From the IMG/VR virus record IMGVR_UViG_3300030330_001508, positions 1 to 41,358 of that record: 41,358 bases of DNA; one strand, written 5' to 3'. Below, in pieces: positions 18,652 through 28,061 of the stretch. The DNA comes from a virus (taxonomy: Duplodnaviria; Caudoviricetes). A program made the translations under genes and the position numbers. The first letter of the stretch is position 1. Each line of letters begins with the position of its first letter. The notes under the pieces are model-generated. The model made no database searches, was not told the DNA's origin, and worked only from the letters and a program-made list of their open reading frames with translations.

Positions 18652-19996
18652 TACTCTTCTCCTCTACTTCATATTTTTCTGCTAGTGCAATAGAGTGGTG
18701 GTCATATATCTTACATCTTTCCCCTACTACACCTAGTTCTACGTTACCAGTTTTACCATATCTATTCTTACCTATGATTGCTTCTATTCCAAACTCTCCA
18801 TTCTTAGAGCCGTCTTGTAAGTATCTATATTCATAGAACATAAACAATATTGTTTCAGAGTCTTGTTCTATAGAACCACTCTCACGTAGGTCAGATGGTA
18901 TAGGTCTTTTGTTTGTACGCTCTTCACACTTTCTATTTAACTGAGATACGATAATAGCACACATATCATAAGACTTGCATAGCAGTTTATATTCTTTCAT
19001 AATACTATCTATACGTAATCTAGGGTCTTCAATATGTCTAAGCGTTGCAAGTCCTATGTAATCATCTACTACTACGTCTGGTTTTACTTGTCTTATTGTA
19101 GATACTGTAGATTCAAAGTCATTACTTCTATCTTTCATTATAAGATTCTTGCCATACTTTTTTAATAGTTTCTTTTTAGTATTGGTAATATCTTCCTTAT
19201 CTTTTTCTGTATATGTACCCGTAACAACTCTAGAATAATCTACTTGGTCTGAGTCTGCAACAATTAACTTAGCTAACATAGATTCATTCTTCATCTCTCT
19301 ATTGAACACAAGAACTTTGTAACCATTAGATAAAAGATTATGTACTATGTTAATAGCCATCGTACTTTTGAAATGACCCGGACGTCCGGCAATAGTAGTT
19401 ATTTCGCCACGTCTCATACCGCCTATGAGATTATCTAATCCCGAAAAACCAAAGCGTATAGTATTATCTTTATTATACATATCTTTTATAGCTTTGTCAA
19501 GCGCACTACGTAAATGAAACTTATCATCTCCGTGTATACTTAATACGTTGCTAATCTTTTTATGTACATTAGTTAATGCATCAACTGTTTTAAGATTATC
19601 TTTTCCTATACTTGTAGATAGCTGCGTAGAAAGGTTTTGAATATTACGTAACTCATACTTCTCATATATATTCTTTGCATATTGAACTGCATTAGATGCT
19701 ACAGACATATTCTTAAAGTAACCCGTAAGTTTAAATGCGGGAGTTTCTCCACTTATTGTAGTATTAGTATCGTTATTAAGTTGAGATGTAACTGTAGTTA
19801 TGTCTACCTTTACTCCGTTACGATGCATAGATATAATCTTATCCCATACTATCTGATTGAACTTAGCATAGAACATATCTGTCTTAATAATAGAATTAAC
19901 TTTGTCAATCTGCTTACTATCTGTCATTACAGAAGCTATCAACGCTTCTTCTGATTCTATACTTCTATGATTGTTTAACTTCATCTGCCCACTCAC
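18644..19996 (-). CDS. dnaB: Replicative DNA helicase DnaB-like
   Basis: N-terminal SIESEEALI domain; AGRPGHFKST Walker A, VVVDDY, SQLNR, SDLRESGSIEQD, KNRYG. Confidence 0.95.
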   Translation of the reverse strand: MSGQMKLNNHRSIESEEALIASVMTDSKQIDKVNSIIKTDMFYAKFNQIVWDKIISMHRNGVKVDITTVTSQLNNDTNTTISGETPAFKLTGYFKNMSVASNAVQYAKNIYEKYELRNIQNLSTQLSTSIGKDNLKTVDALTNVHKKISNVLSIHGDDKFHLRSALDKAIKDMYNKDNTIRFGFSGLDNLIGGMRRGEITTIAGRPGHFKSTMAINIVHNLLSNGYKVLVFNREMKNESMLAKLIVADSDQVDYSRVVTGTYTEKDKEDITNTKKKLLKKYGKNLIMKDRSNDFESTVSTIRQVKPDVVVDDYIGLATLRHIEDPRLRIDSIMKEYKLLCKSYDMCAIIVSQLNRKCEERTNKRPIPSDLRESGSIEQDSETILFMFYEYRYLQDGSKNGEFGIEAIIGKNRYGKTGNVELGVVGERCKIYDHHSIALAEKYEVEEKSND

Positions 19997-20477
19997 TATG
20001 TATCATTGCAACTTTAGACGCTAACCTACCATAGTTAGATTTGTAATCATCATCACTAACTGTAATTAATACTTTCTTACCTACAACATTCTCTTTTGTA
20101 AGTTCGGGTAGTCTGCGCATAATAACACCATCTACTTCTACTTGCTCAAGTTCTATTAAAAGTATATCAAGTATGTTCTTATATATAATGTTACCACGAC
20201 TACTTTTATTACGTGCTTGTGATGGCTCACTTTTAAATCTCCATATTCCTTTATCACTTATTGTAGCACCTTTATTTTTACCCTTTGCTATTTGGTATGT
20301 GGGTTTATATAAATCTGCATTAGTGCCATACCTAGTAGTAACGTTAGACTTATTTAAATCTATTACTGTGGCTGGATATGTACCATCATCAATAGTTACG
20401 TTTTGTTCTTCGTGGTAATAGGCATCCGTATTGGATGCCCCATTACCTAGTATTTCATCAAGGAAATTATCACTCAC
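19965..20477 (-). CDS. Putative ssDNA-binding / OB-fold protein (DUF669-like)
   Basis: IDDGTYPATV...VVGKKVLITV; lies between SSAP and helicase. Confidence 0.55.
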   Translation of the reverse strand: MSDNFLDEILGNGASNTDAYYHEEQNVTIDDGTYPATVIDLNKSNVTTRYGTNADLYKPTYQIAKGKNKGATISDKGIWRFKSEPSQARNKSSRGNIIYKNILDILLIELEQVEVDGVIMRRLPELTKENVVGKKVLITVSDDDYKSNYGRLASKVAMIHSEWADEVKQS

Positions 20478-21150
20478 TACTTACCTCACTTCTGCTATCT
20501 ATGTAATCTGTTATCTTATGTAAAGAACTATCTACATTTTCCTTAGTTATCTTATCTGTCTTCAAAGCGTGTTCAACCTTCTTATAAAAATCATCGTCCT
20601 TGCTTATTGTTTTCTCCATCATATTAAGTACAGATTCTTTTTCTTTATCTGTGAGTGGTGTTACTTGTTTTGTAAGCGCACCGTTTAACTTTGCTTTATT
20701 TTCTTTATACTTATCTGATATTTGATTAACGTATTTGTTATCATCAAACATACCCATAAATACATCAGCATTAAAACCAAGTTTACTTAGTCCTTTTGTA
20801 AGGGCATCAGTAGCTACCTTCTTAAAGAAGTCATCATCTATTCTACCATTACTACTATACTTTATAGATGAGTGCAAAGGTACTTCACCTTCTTCTGCTA
20901 CATCATCTTGCAAGAACCATAACGTAGCTTGATAAACTACGAGTCCACAATCTTTCCATCTTTCTATTCTTTCTTCTCTTACTCCCCATCCTTGACCAAA
21001 AGCACCAAACATTTCTGTTGCTTTCATTACTTGAGATTGCGCACCAATCGCAGTAAAACCACCACGTTGATTTACTTTCTTTGTATACTTCGGGTCTGTC
21101 TCACATACAGATTCCCAAAGAACCATATTGTTGTTTTTCTTTTTTGCCAT
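20470..21150 (-). CDS. Single-strand annealing protein (Rad52/Sak-like recombinase)
   Basis: TDPKYTK..GGFTAI....KATEMFG.FGQGWG...KKVATDALTKGLSKLGFNADVFMG; adjacent to exonuclease. Confidence 0.75.
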   Translation of the reverse strand: MAKKKNNNMVLWESVCETDPKYTKKVNQRGGFTAIGAQSQVMKATEMFGAFGQGWGVREERIERWKDCGLVVYQATLWFLQDDVAEEGEVPLHSSIKYSSNGRIDDDFFKKVATDALTKGLSKLGFNADVFMGMFDDNKYVNQISDKYKENKAKLNGALTKQVTPLTDKEKESVLNMMEKTISKDDDFYKKVEHALKTDKITKENVDSSLHKITDYIDSRSEVSSE

Positions 21151-21179
21151 ATAAACGTTCCTTTCTTATATGATTGTTG

Positions 21180-21276
21180 AGTTAGAGAGCCTCCTACTAT
21201 CCACTATAAACGTACTCACCCTTATCTTAAGATATACGAATTATAATAGCTTCATACTTCGGTCAGCTCTCTAACT
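21180..21276 (-). ncRNA. Intergenic stem-loop B: 11-bp closing stem with inner hairpin
   Basis: AGTTAGAGAGC / GCTCTCTAACT; inner CGAAGUAUGA/UUAUAAUUCG contains a G-U pair on the minus strand. Confidence 0.55.
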
Positions 21277-21283
21277 ACGTTAT

Positions 21284-22057
21284 TTAAAAATTACCTTTAA
21301 TACCTCCACCACATACGTCAAAATATTGACAATATTTTACGTTGCATTCCCACTCTTCAGCGGGTGTTACACCTAAGTTTAGTACGGGCGGTACTCCACT
21401 TTCTTTGGCTTCATTAACTACTTTGTTTGCAGTAATCCAATACTGTTCTGCCTCATCTACTACGTTCAAATCTAAGCTGACTTCTCTCATCCTAGAATTA
21501 TCTTTGTTATAAAATACTAAAACAAGTCCATTAAGTTTTTTGTATTTACGTTTGTACCATAGTCCATACGTACCAAGTTGTAACTTGTAGTTTCTAGATA
21601 TAGCATCGGGTTTTGCATAGCGTCCAAACATTGTCTTCCACTTCCAAGCATTACAAGTTTTAATATCGTATAGCACTCCATCTTCTACAAAACCTAAATC
21701 AATAAAACCTCGCATATTTAAATCGTCTATTCGTATTTCATTCTCTATAAATATTGGTATTCCGTTTTGTTTAGCGTAATCAGATACTGCTTCTTGTATA
21801 TCTGTATGTACAATGTCGCCTAGTCTAAACAATCTGTATGTATTTATATCGTGAGATTGCTTCTCATCGGGTTGAACTACTGAGCCGTAGTAATGTTTTC
21901 GTAAGCATAAGCCACTTACAGATGAATGAAACCAAGACTCTTTACCAACGTATCGAGTCTTAACTTTTACATCATTCTTACCTTGTATGTAGTTGTCGTA
22001 TATTTCTTGTACTGATTTATACTGATAATTATTCTTCTTCGGCATCATTGTCCGCAT
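21284..22057 (-). CDS. Cas4-like PD-(D/E)XK exonuclease with probable Fe-S cluster
   Basis: S....CLRKHYY, GDIVH, GFID, YDIKT, QLGTY, C-terminal WEC....CQYFDVC. Confidence 0.85.
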   Translation of the reverse strand: MRTMMPKKNNYQYKSVQEIYDNYIQGKNDVKVKTRYVGKESWFHSSVSGLCLRKHYYGSVVQPDEKQSHDINTYRLFRLGDIVHTDIQEAVSDYAKQNGIPIFIENEIRIDDLNMRGFIDLGFVEDGVLYDIKTCNAWKWKTMFGRYAKPDAISRNYKLQLGTYGLWYKRKYKKLNGLVLVFYNKDNSRMREVSLDLNVVDEAEQYWITANKVVNEAKESGVPPVLNLGVTPAEEWECNVKYCQYFDVCGGGIKGNF

Positions 22058-22214
22058 TTTTTAGTAAGTGTCCATAGTTTGAGTTTACGTAATCATCAAT
22101 GATATTATTAAGTTTATCTTGAATTGCTACTCCCTCTATTGCAGAAACTATTTTTAGTTTCTTCCACAAACCTTTCTTCGCTCTAAATGATGTAACGATT
22201 GATTTATTTTTCAT
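22029..22214 (-). CDS. Ribbon-helix-helix (CopG/Arc-like) DNA-binding protein
   Basis: VTSFRA strand then LWKKLKIVSAIEG and IQDKLNNIIDDYV helices; first gene after a promoter. Confidence 0.65.
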   Translation of the reverse strand: MKNKSIVTSFRAKKGLWKKLKIVSAIEGVAIQDKLNNIIDDYVNSNYGHLLKNADNDAEEE

Positions 22215-22245
22215 TTACGTTCCTTAGTTTTTTGGTATGTTAAAT

Positions 22246-22327
22246 CTTATATATATAACGTACGTAGTATTTAATATAATAACGTATTAAATATAATAAT
22301 CATAACATACGTTATTATATATATAAG
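22246..22327. repeat. AT-rich imperfect palindrome with ACGT cores
   Basis: CTTATATATATAA (22246-58) / TTATATATATAAG (22315-27); inner AACGTA/TACGTT. Confidence 0.75.
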
Positions 22328-22335
22328 ATATAGTT

Positions 22336-22371
22336 AAATTAATACTTGAAATAACCTATCACAAGTACTTT
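22336..22371 (-). promoter_or_regulatory. Sigma70-like promoter TTGTGA-17-TAATTT for the recombination/replication block
   Basis: Exact 17-nt spacer; shares AAAGTACTTGT with the early promoter at 29339-29374. Confidence 0.6.
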
Positions 22372-22401
22372 TATTATTTTCTTTACTATAATAATACAAT
22401 A

Positions 22402-22896
22402 CTATATAAGATTAGTGGCTCTACCTTTAGAACCAACCTCATCATCGTAACTATCTAGTATATTTTCGTAGTCTATTTGTACAGAACCGTTATCTTTTAG
22501 TATTGGTGAACTGATTATACCACCTTTATTAATTTCGTGTTTATATTCCCACGTAATTGTAAGGCATTCTTTGGAATCATCTATATTATTATGTATACGT
22601 TCTATCTCTTCAGCAGTAGAATTTTCATACTTTTCTTTAGATACTTTTTTCATATATGATTCACATATTAGTACGTAAGCAACTGCTTCAACATCATTTA
22701 AGTATCTTGCTAATATCTTAAATAATACATCTTTATTTTCATAAGAAAATAGTTCATTAAGTCTAGATATTTTTTCTACTCCATTTTTATCATACGTTAG
22801 TACTGTTGGTGAATGATAGCCACTTCTTAATACTATATTTTGCGCAAATGGAACTGTCTTATGCCGTAAATTATATTCAAATGCTTCTAATTTCAT
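22402..22896 (-). CDS. Hypothetical protein
   Basis: 164 aa; SD AAGGAG. Confidence 0.7.
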   Translation of the reverse strand: MKLEAFEYNLRHKTVPFAQNIVLRSGYHSPTVLTYDKNGVEKISRLNELFSYENKDVLFKILARYLNDVEAVAYVLICESYMKKVSKEKYENSTAEEIERIHNNIDDSKECLTITWEYKHEINKGGIISSPILKDNGSVQIDYENILDSYDDEVGSKGRATNLI

Positions 22897-22914
22897 TGGT
22901 TGTTTCTCCTTTAG

Positions 22915-23625
22915 TTATGCTCTTGCTATGTCTGGAAAAATATCTTTCATATCATCATTATTACGTGCTTCATCTAACAATTTTTTCTGTTCTGTTATGC
23001 TATCAGATATTTTATATCCCGTAATTTGAGGTGCTTCAATCTTTATAGATTCTTCTTTTTCATTAACTTTCTTTTTTATCTGCTCTTGTTTTACTTGCAA
23101 ATGTAACATAGCTACAGTTCTTGCAAACTCATCTATATCTTTTAGATTGAACTCTTTGTACGATGATTTAAGTACTTCAAACATACTAGGTCTACGTCTT
23201 ATATAATCAGTTACTGCATCTAAATAATCACTTGGGTCTGCCTCACTTTCCATACTTGCACATAGTATGTTTTCAATATCTAACTGCATATTATTTAAGT
23301 TTGATATTGAATCTTTAAAAGAATGTCCTTCCCCAATTCTAAACTTTAACGTAGAGTTAATCTTATTTCTAGCATTATCTTTTCTGTACTTTAAAACATT
23401 TTCTTTGAATGTTTTATTTCTATCAAAGAAATAATCTACGTCATCTACATTATTTAAGTAGTAACCATTCTCACAACAACAAGCACCACATACTGCATTA
23501 CTTCCTATCATAACACCACCCATTGTATCTTCTCCAAGATTACAAAAGTCGCAACACACTACGTCTCCCATTTCACTTGCTATATCGATAACTTCAAAGT
23601 CATCGAACACGTTTTCTTTTTTCAT
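22915..23625 (-). CDS. Hypothetical protein with N-terminal Cys-rich zinc finger
   Basis: CCDFC...CGACCC; SD AAGGAG. Confidence 0.7.
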   Translation of the reverse strand: MKKENVFDDFEVIDIASEMGDVVCCDFCNLGEDTMGGVMIGSNAVCGACCCENGYYLNNVDDVDYFFDRNKTFKENVLKYRKDNARNKINSTLKFRIGEGHSFKDSISNLNNMQLDIENILCASMESEADPSDYLDAVTDYIRRRPSMFEVLKSSYKEFNLKDIDEFARTVAMLHLQVKQEQIKKKVNEKEESIKIEAPQITGYKISDSITEQKKLLDEARNNDDMKDIFPDIARA

Positions 23626-23639
23626 TACGTTCTCCTTTA

Positions 23640-23789
23640 TTATATTTGAAATTCTCTTTTAGTTACTTCACGTATTAATTCTGCATATTCATTAAGGTCA
23701 GATATTTCTTTTGTCATTTCCCATATGCTATGGTATTTATTGATACGTTCAAGTATCTGTTTATCTGATAATATATTTACATCAAGCAC
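23640..23789 (-). CDS. Small hypothetical protein (49 aa, MLDVNILSDKQILERINKYHSIWEMTKEISDLNEYAELIREVTKREFQI)
   Basis: Read manually; GTG start after GAGG, fills the gap between neighbours. Confidence 0.55.
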   Translation of the reverse strand: MLDVNILSDKQILERINKYHSIWEMTKEISDLNEYAELIREVTKREFQI

Positions 23790-24189
23790 GTTTTAAAACC
23801 TCTGCTCTGTATCTATTACCTAATTGTTTTAATATAATATTATATTCTTGTATTAATTTATCTGCACCAAGTCTTACTTTACGCACACGATTTAAATCTT
23901 TTCTAAACTTATTATTATTCTCTACTTTTTTCTTTACCCAAGGACTCATCTTATCATACGTTTTTTCAAAATCTTTTATAGTATCTAGTAGATTTTCTAC
24001 TGTAGTAGATAAAGATATTACTGCTTGTAAAGCTTCTTTTAAAGTTGGTTCTTTGTCTTTAAATCTATCTTTATTTTCTATTATATATATTACTTCCTCT
24101 ATCTTAGCTTTACATTTTAAAAGATTAACATCTAGTTTTTTTAGATTACGTATTTCACTTTTAAATTCATCTCCAAATATTTTACTCAT
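23782..24189 (-). CDS. Coiled-coil hypothetical protein
   Basis: ATGA overlap with the VWA gene; helical heptads. Confidence 0.7.
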   Translation of the reverse strand: MSKIFGDEFKSEIRNLKKLDVNLLKCKAKIEEVIYIIENKDRFKDKEPTLKEALQAVISLSTTVENLLDTIKDFEKTYDKMSPWVKKKVENNNKFRKDLNRVRKVRLGADKLIQEYNIILKQLGNRYRAEVLKRA

Positions 24190-25328
24190 TTCATTTCCTT
24201 TACTGCTTTTACTATTTCGTTTACATTATTACATTCATAAAGTTTTAGTTTGCCTTGCCATTGCTCACGTAAGTTTGACATCATAGCTTCTTGGTCTTCC
24301 TTACTATAACGTCTGTAAGGATTCTGAAAGAACCAATGTATCTCATTGTATTCGTAAGAAGCACTAATGCTATCTGTAGCATCACAATCGCCAAAGTATA
24401 TTATTGTTCTATTCTCAAAACCTAGCCAATGATATACGTTATCTAACTGCTCATCTGTAAGTGGCACGTATGCACGTTGTGATATAGAATACTTACTATG
24501 TATGTATCCATTAGGTGCATCATACAACTCTACGTGTTCATACTTACAAGCCTCTGTAGAAATCTGACTATATAAATCTGCCATCTTACTACACGAAGGA
24601 CTACTATCAAGTAGTATAATTATCTTTTCTTTATCACGTGAATACTTGCATTGCGTAATTAGTTTTTTAGATACACGTCTAAACATAACCTTCTCTATAT
24701 CCCATTTGTGCCTACCTTCAATTTTATCACCTGTACGTTCCTCTGCAATCTTTGCAAACATTATCGCAAGGTTAGATGACAGTTTACGGTTTTGTAGCGC
24801 AGTAAATGAGAACTGACTTTCTACACGTTGCGTATTTATCTTCCAATTATTGATTTCAATATGACGTTTTGCATACTCTCTATGGTCTTCAAGTCTATGT
24901 TTAGATACGTGTTTCATTGCCCTAGTTTTAGTTGCGCTAGTAGCTACGTTAGTATTACTTGGAATACCAGTATCAGCAAAGCCACGTATTGTAAACTCAT
25001 CATCAGTTAACTCAGCAATGTTAAGTGTTTTACGTTGCAATCTATCTAGTACTTTATCTAGGTCTTCTTGGATAAGTTCATCTTCGTAATTATACGATGC
25101 TGCACGTAACATAGTATCATCTACCTTAGACTCATCAGCTTCAAATACATCTTTAGGTTTTACGTAACTACTTATCGATGAATCGATGGCAGACTTTACG
25201 TCTGCCATCTCATCATTCTGAGCTTCGTTTTTGTTTTGAACAGGAGGTTCTACTTTCTCAGAACGTTCAATTTCTTGAGCATCTCCTATATTCCATATCG
25301 ACCAAGACGGATTTACATTATTGCTCAT
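24186..25328 (-). CDS. VWA (MIDAS) domain protein, MoxR partner
   Basis: IIILLDSSPSC (DxSxS) and IIYFGD; directly downstream of the AAA+ gene. Confidence 0.8.
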   Translation of the reverse strand: MSNNVNPSWSIWNIGDAQEIERSEKVEPPVQNKNEAQNDEMADVKSAIDSSISSYVKPKDVFEADESKVDDTMLRAASYNYEDELIQEDLDKVLDRLQRKTLNIAELTDDEFTIRGFADTGIPSNTNVATSATKTRAMKHVSKHRLEDHREYAKRHIEINNWKINTQRVESQFSFTALQNRKLSSNLAIMFAKIAEERTGDKIEGRHKWDIEKVMFRRVSKKLITQCKYSRDKEKIIILLDSSPSCSKMADLYSQISTEACKYEHVELYDAPNGYIHSKYSISQRAYVPLTDEQLDNVYHWLGFENRTIIYFGDCDATDSISASYEYNEIHWFFQNPYRRYSKEDQEAMMSNLREQWQGKLKLYECNNVNEIVKAVKEMK

Positions 25329-25333
25329 ACGTA

Positions 25334-27433
25334 TTAACTCACTTTCTCTGCCATCTTTTTACGAGTAAACAACATATGTCTGCGCCATTCAATCAAGTCA
25401 TCTACGTTTTCTTTATCCTTTTTAAGCATAGCAACAAACGTTGTATTCTCGTATGTATTAATACAATAAACATCTAACTTAGTATTCGTAGTGTCTCTAA
25501 GCACACGTGTAGATGATTTGTGTTCCCACTTACCACCTTCTGCTTTCGTAGGCATTTTAAGAAATAAACTCTTATCCATATTTACAAACAGAGGTATAGT
25601 CTCACATCCTAACTTTTTCTGTATAAACATTACGTGTAGCGCAAAGTTCTGAGATTCAGTTGGGGTAGGTAGACTCTTTATTAATACGTGATTTTTGTAA
25701 TTAGGTTTACCTTTTAGATGCCAAGAACGTACAACTGCCCATCCCATATCGTACGTTGTCGTACGTTTTGTCTCTTTTATCTTTGCAGTTCTACTTTTGT
25801 ATAACATATTATGGTACGAAAGTTGGTCATTAGGCTTACGTTCACCACTTACAATTACATCAAGTACTTTCTTAGAATTACCAAGAGTTCTAATATTAAT
25901 GTATTTGTCAGTACTAATATGTCCACCCATCAAGTCATACGTTATATTATCTAACCGTACACGTTCTATACCATCGGGATACCAACCAACTTCAACTATG
26001 CTACCACGAAACATTGGTATTGATTTCGTAGGTACAATAAACTCACATCCTTTTTCTTTTGTCCATCTGCCATTATATTCTAGAGTTTTGTTGTGATTAC
26101 GAGTACGTCCACTATCAGTAACTCTAAATATAATCTCATTATTGGTAGCCTTACGTATAAACATATTAGCCTCAGTAATTTCTAAGAAATCAGAAATGTC
26201 AGCTTTACCTGCGTTAGGTTCTACAAATACTAACGTACCATCTGTATTTACTAAGCGTCTAAACTTCTGTTCCTCTTCTACAATTTCACGTAAATCATAA
26301 GACTTAGAACGTTCTATTGTAGAGTTAGTTACTGTATACCAAGATATAAAGTGAGGCTGAGACATATCTTCATCATTATCAATAGCATCTTCGTAAGCAT
26401 TTGTATATACTGCATCATCACGTTTGTATTCTGCGTAGACTTCTTTATCATTGTCATCAATACCAAAGTTAATATCTATGTTAAGTTTCTCCATCATACG
26501 TGGCATAGAACCATAACCATTAGATATAGTTTCAGTTTCTACTTCAGCATCCTTATCAAAGAACGTAACATCTAATGCCTTACTAAACTCTGATTCATTA
26601 CGAAGTTCTCCGTTCTTAATAGCTTCAAGCGCACGTTGTAATTCGTTATGATTTTCTCTGGTCTTCGTAACATTAGTATAGATAAGTTCTTCCCATCTAG
26701 GATTTTTACCATTAGATTTGTAGCGTAGCCAGTCATTGATTACGTCACAAAGTTCTTGTACCGTAGCAGGTTTATCTAAATCACCTAACACAGATGCGTT
26801 GTAAAGATTTATTACTGCGTTGAACATCTGCTCTGCGTCTTTATTACCGCCATACTTACTAGTAAGTATCTGTAGTATTAAACTCGGTGGCATATGTTCT
26901 ACTTCAATAAACTTCATACGTCTGATAAATGGTTCTGAAAATAATCTGTCATCATTACCCGTAAAGAATATGATAAGATTATCTAGATTAGCTTTGTACT
27001 CCTTACCTTTAACGCTGATACGTCCACTTTGTAAGAACTCCAAAAACATACCATCAGCAGAATGTTGCGTTTTATCCCATTCGTCAAGCAACAATACTAC
27101 ACGTTTATCTTTTGATTCCTTTACTGCAAGTAGTAACTCACAGTCTTGTGCCTCAAAACCCGATACTGCATCTTCGTTAGGCACGTAGTTTTGTACGAAG
27201 TCATACCAATCGTAATCCTTGAAGGCTTGTTTTACGTAGATATTACATCCAAGTAACTCAGCTATCTTCTCGGGTAGATATGATTTCCCCGTACCAGCTT
27301 TACCTTTAAGCATTGTAATTGACATAGGTTTTTTGTGCAAAGCGTTCTCTACTACGTCAGCGAACTCCTCTGTACAAAAATATCCTACATCATTCAACTG
27401 CTTATGAAAGCTAGGTTGTTTTGTTTCGGACAT
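25334..27433 (-). CDS. MoxR/AAA_5-type AAA+ ATPase with long C-terminal extension
   Basis: GKAGTGKS Walker A, VVLLLDEWDK Walker B, FTGNDDRLFSEPFIRR sensor-1/arginine finger. Confidence 0.88.
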   Translation of the reverse strand: MSETKQPSFHKQLNDVGYFCTEEFADVVENALHKKPMSITMLKGKAGTGKSYLPEKIAELLGCNIYVKQAFKDYDWYDFVQNYVPNEDAVSGFEAQDCELLLAVKESKDKRVVLLLDEWDKTQHSADGMFLEFLQSGRISVKGKEYKANLDNLIIFFTGNDDRLFSEPFIRRMKFIEVEHMPPSLILQILTSKYGGNKDAEQMFNAVINLYNASVLGDLDKPATVQELCDVINDWLRYKSNGKNPRWEELIYTNVTKTRENHNELQRALEAIKNGELRNESEFSKALDVTFFDKDAEVETETISNGYGSMPRMMEKLNIDINFGIDDNDKEVYAEYKRDDAVYTNAYEDAIDNDEDMSQPHFISWYTVTNSTIERSKSYDLREIVEEEQKFRRLVNTDGTLVFVEPNAGKADISDFLEITEANMFIRKATNNEIIFRVTDSGRTRNHNKTLEYNGRWTKEKGCEFIVPTKSIPMFRGSIVEVGWYPDGIERVRLDNITYDLMGGHISTDKYINIRTLGNSKKVLDVIVSGERKPNDQLSYHNMLYKSRTAKIKETKRTTTYDMGWAVVRSWHLKGKPNYKNHVLIKSLPTPTESQNFALHVMFIQKKLGCETIPLFVNMDKSLFLKMPTKAEGGKWEHKSSTRVLRDTTNTKLDVYCINTYENTTFVAMLKKDKENVDDLIEWRRHMLFTRKKMAEKVS

Positions 27434-27462
27434 TACGTTCCTCCTGTTATGTCTGTATGTAC

Positions 27463-27924
27463 TTATATGTACACACGTTTCTTTGATACTCCATCAATAA
27501 AGAACCATTGCTCACGTTGCGGGTCAAGCCACACGTAGGGAGCATCGGAACTTTCTTTCCATTTAAATTTTGAATAGTACTCACTATCTTTACGTAATAG
27601 ATTAGACCTGTGAGTAGCGTGAAATACTTTGTCGCCAAACCATTCAGGCATACAAATATCTTCTGTAATAATTTCGTAGCCCATAGTGTGACGAAAGCCA
27701 CGTCCCAACCATACTTCTGTATTGATATTGAAGTAGTGCTGTAGTGCAGGTTCGTAGCCTCGCCACATATGTACAATGGGGTGATTGGCGTACCCTTTCT
27801 TTTCTGTACGTTGTAATAGAATGTTTAGTATATGATACGTCTCACTTCGTTGCTTACCTAGACGTTTGTTATCTAATACGTCAAAGCTTTCTTTGAAGTC
27901 AGCGTATGGTAGAAATGTTTGCAT
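27463..27924 (-). CDS. Pyrimidine-dimer DNA glycosylase-like protein (MSMEG_6728/endonuclease V-related)
   Basis: MQTFLPYADF....LDNKRLGKQR.E, HP..MWRGYE, PEW.G, HRSNLLRKD..YY. Confidence 0.85.
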   Translation of the reverse strand: MQTFLPYADFKESFDVLDNKRLGKQRSETYHILNILLQRTEKKGYANHPIVHMWRGYEPALQHYFNINTEVWLGRGFRHTMGYEIITEDICMPEWFGDKVFHATHRSNLLRKDSEYYSKFKWKESSDAPYVWLDPQREQWFFIDGVSKKRVYI

Positions 27925-27943
27925 TAGTTTGCTCTCCTTTTTA

Positions 27944-28061
27944 CGTAAATGCGTAGAGACTTACAACCAAGTACAAGAAGGAAGAAAGACTTGGAATGCT
28001 CTACGCTTACGGAGGTAACAACTGCTACGTTGTAACTAGCGAAGTCCACGCAGCAGTGACC
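27944..28061 (-). ncRNA. Two-hairpin intergenic RNA C carrying a segment antisense to the RBS of gene 28708..29247
   Basis: Stems GCGTAGAG/CTCTACGC with inner CCAAGT/ACTTGG, and ACTGCTACGT/ACGCAGCAGT (G-U on the minus strand); the linker reads CAGUUGUUACCUCCGUAAG on the transcript. Confidence 0.6.

Noticed and set aside
21284-22057. Cas4-like gene as evidence for CRISPR-Cas
   Set aside because: No repeat-spacer array or other cas genes; stand-alone exonuclease next to an SSAP.
16984-28018. Plus-strand GGA motifs in the hairpins as a CsrA/Rsm sponge
   Set aside because: G-U pairs and operon direction indicate the minus strand is the folded one, and there are too few ANGGA copies.
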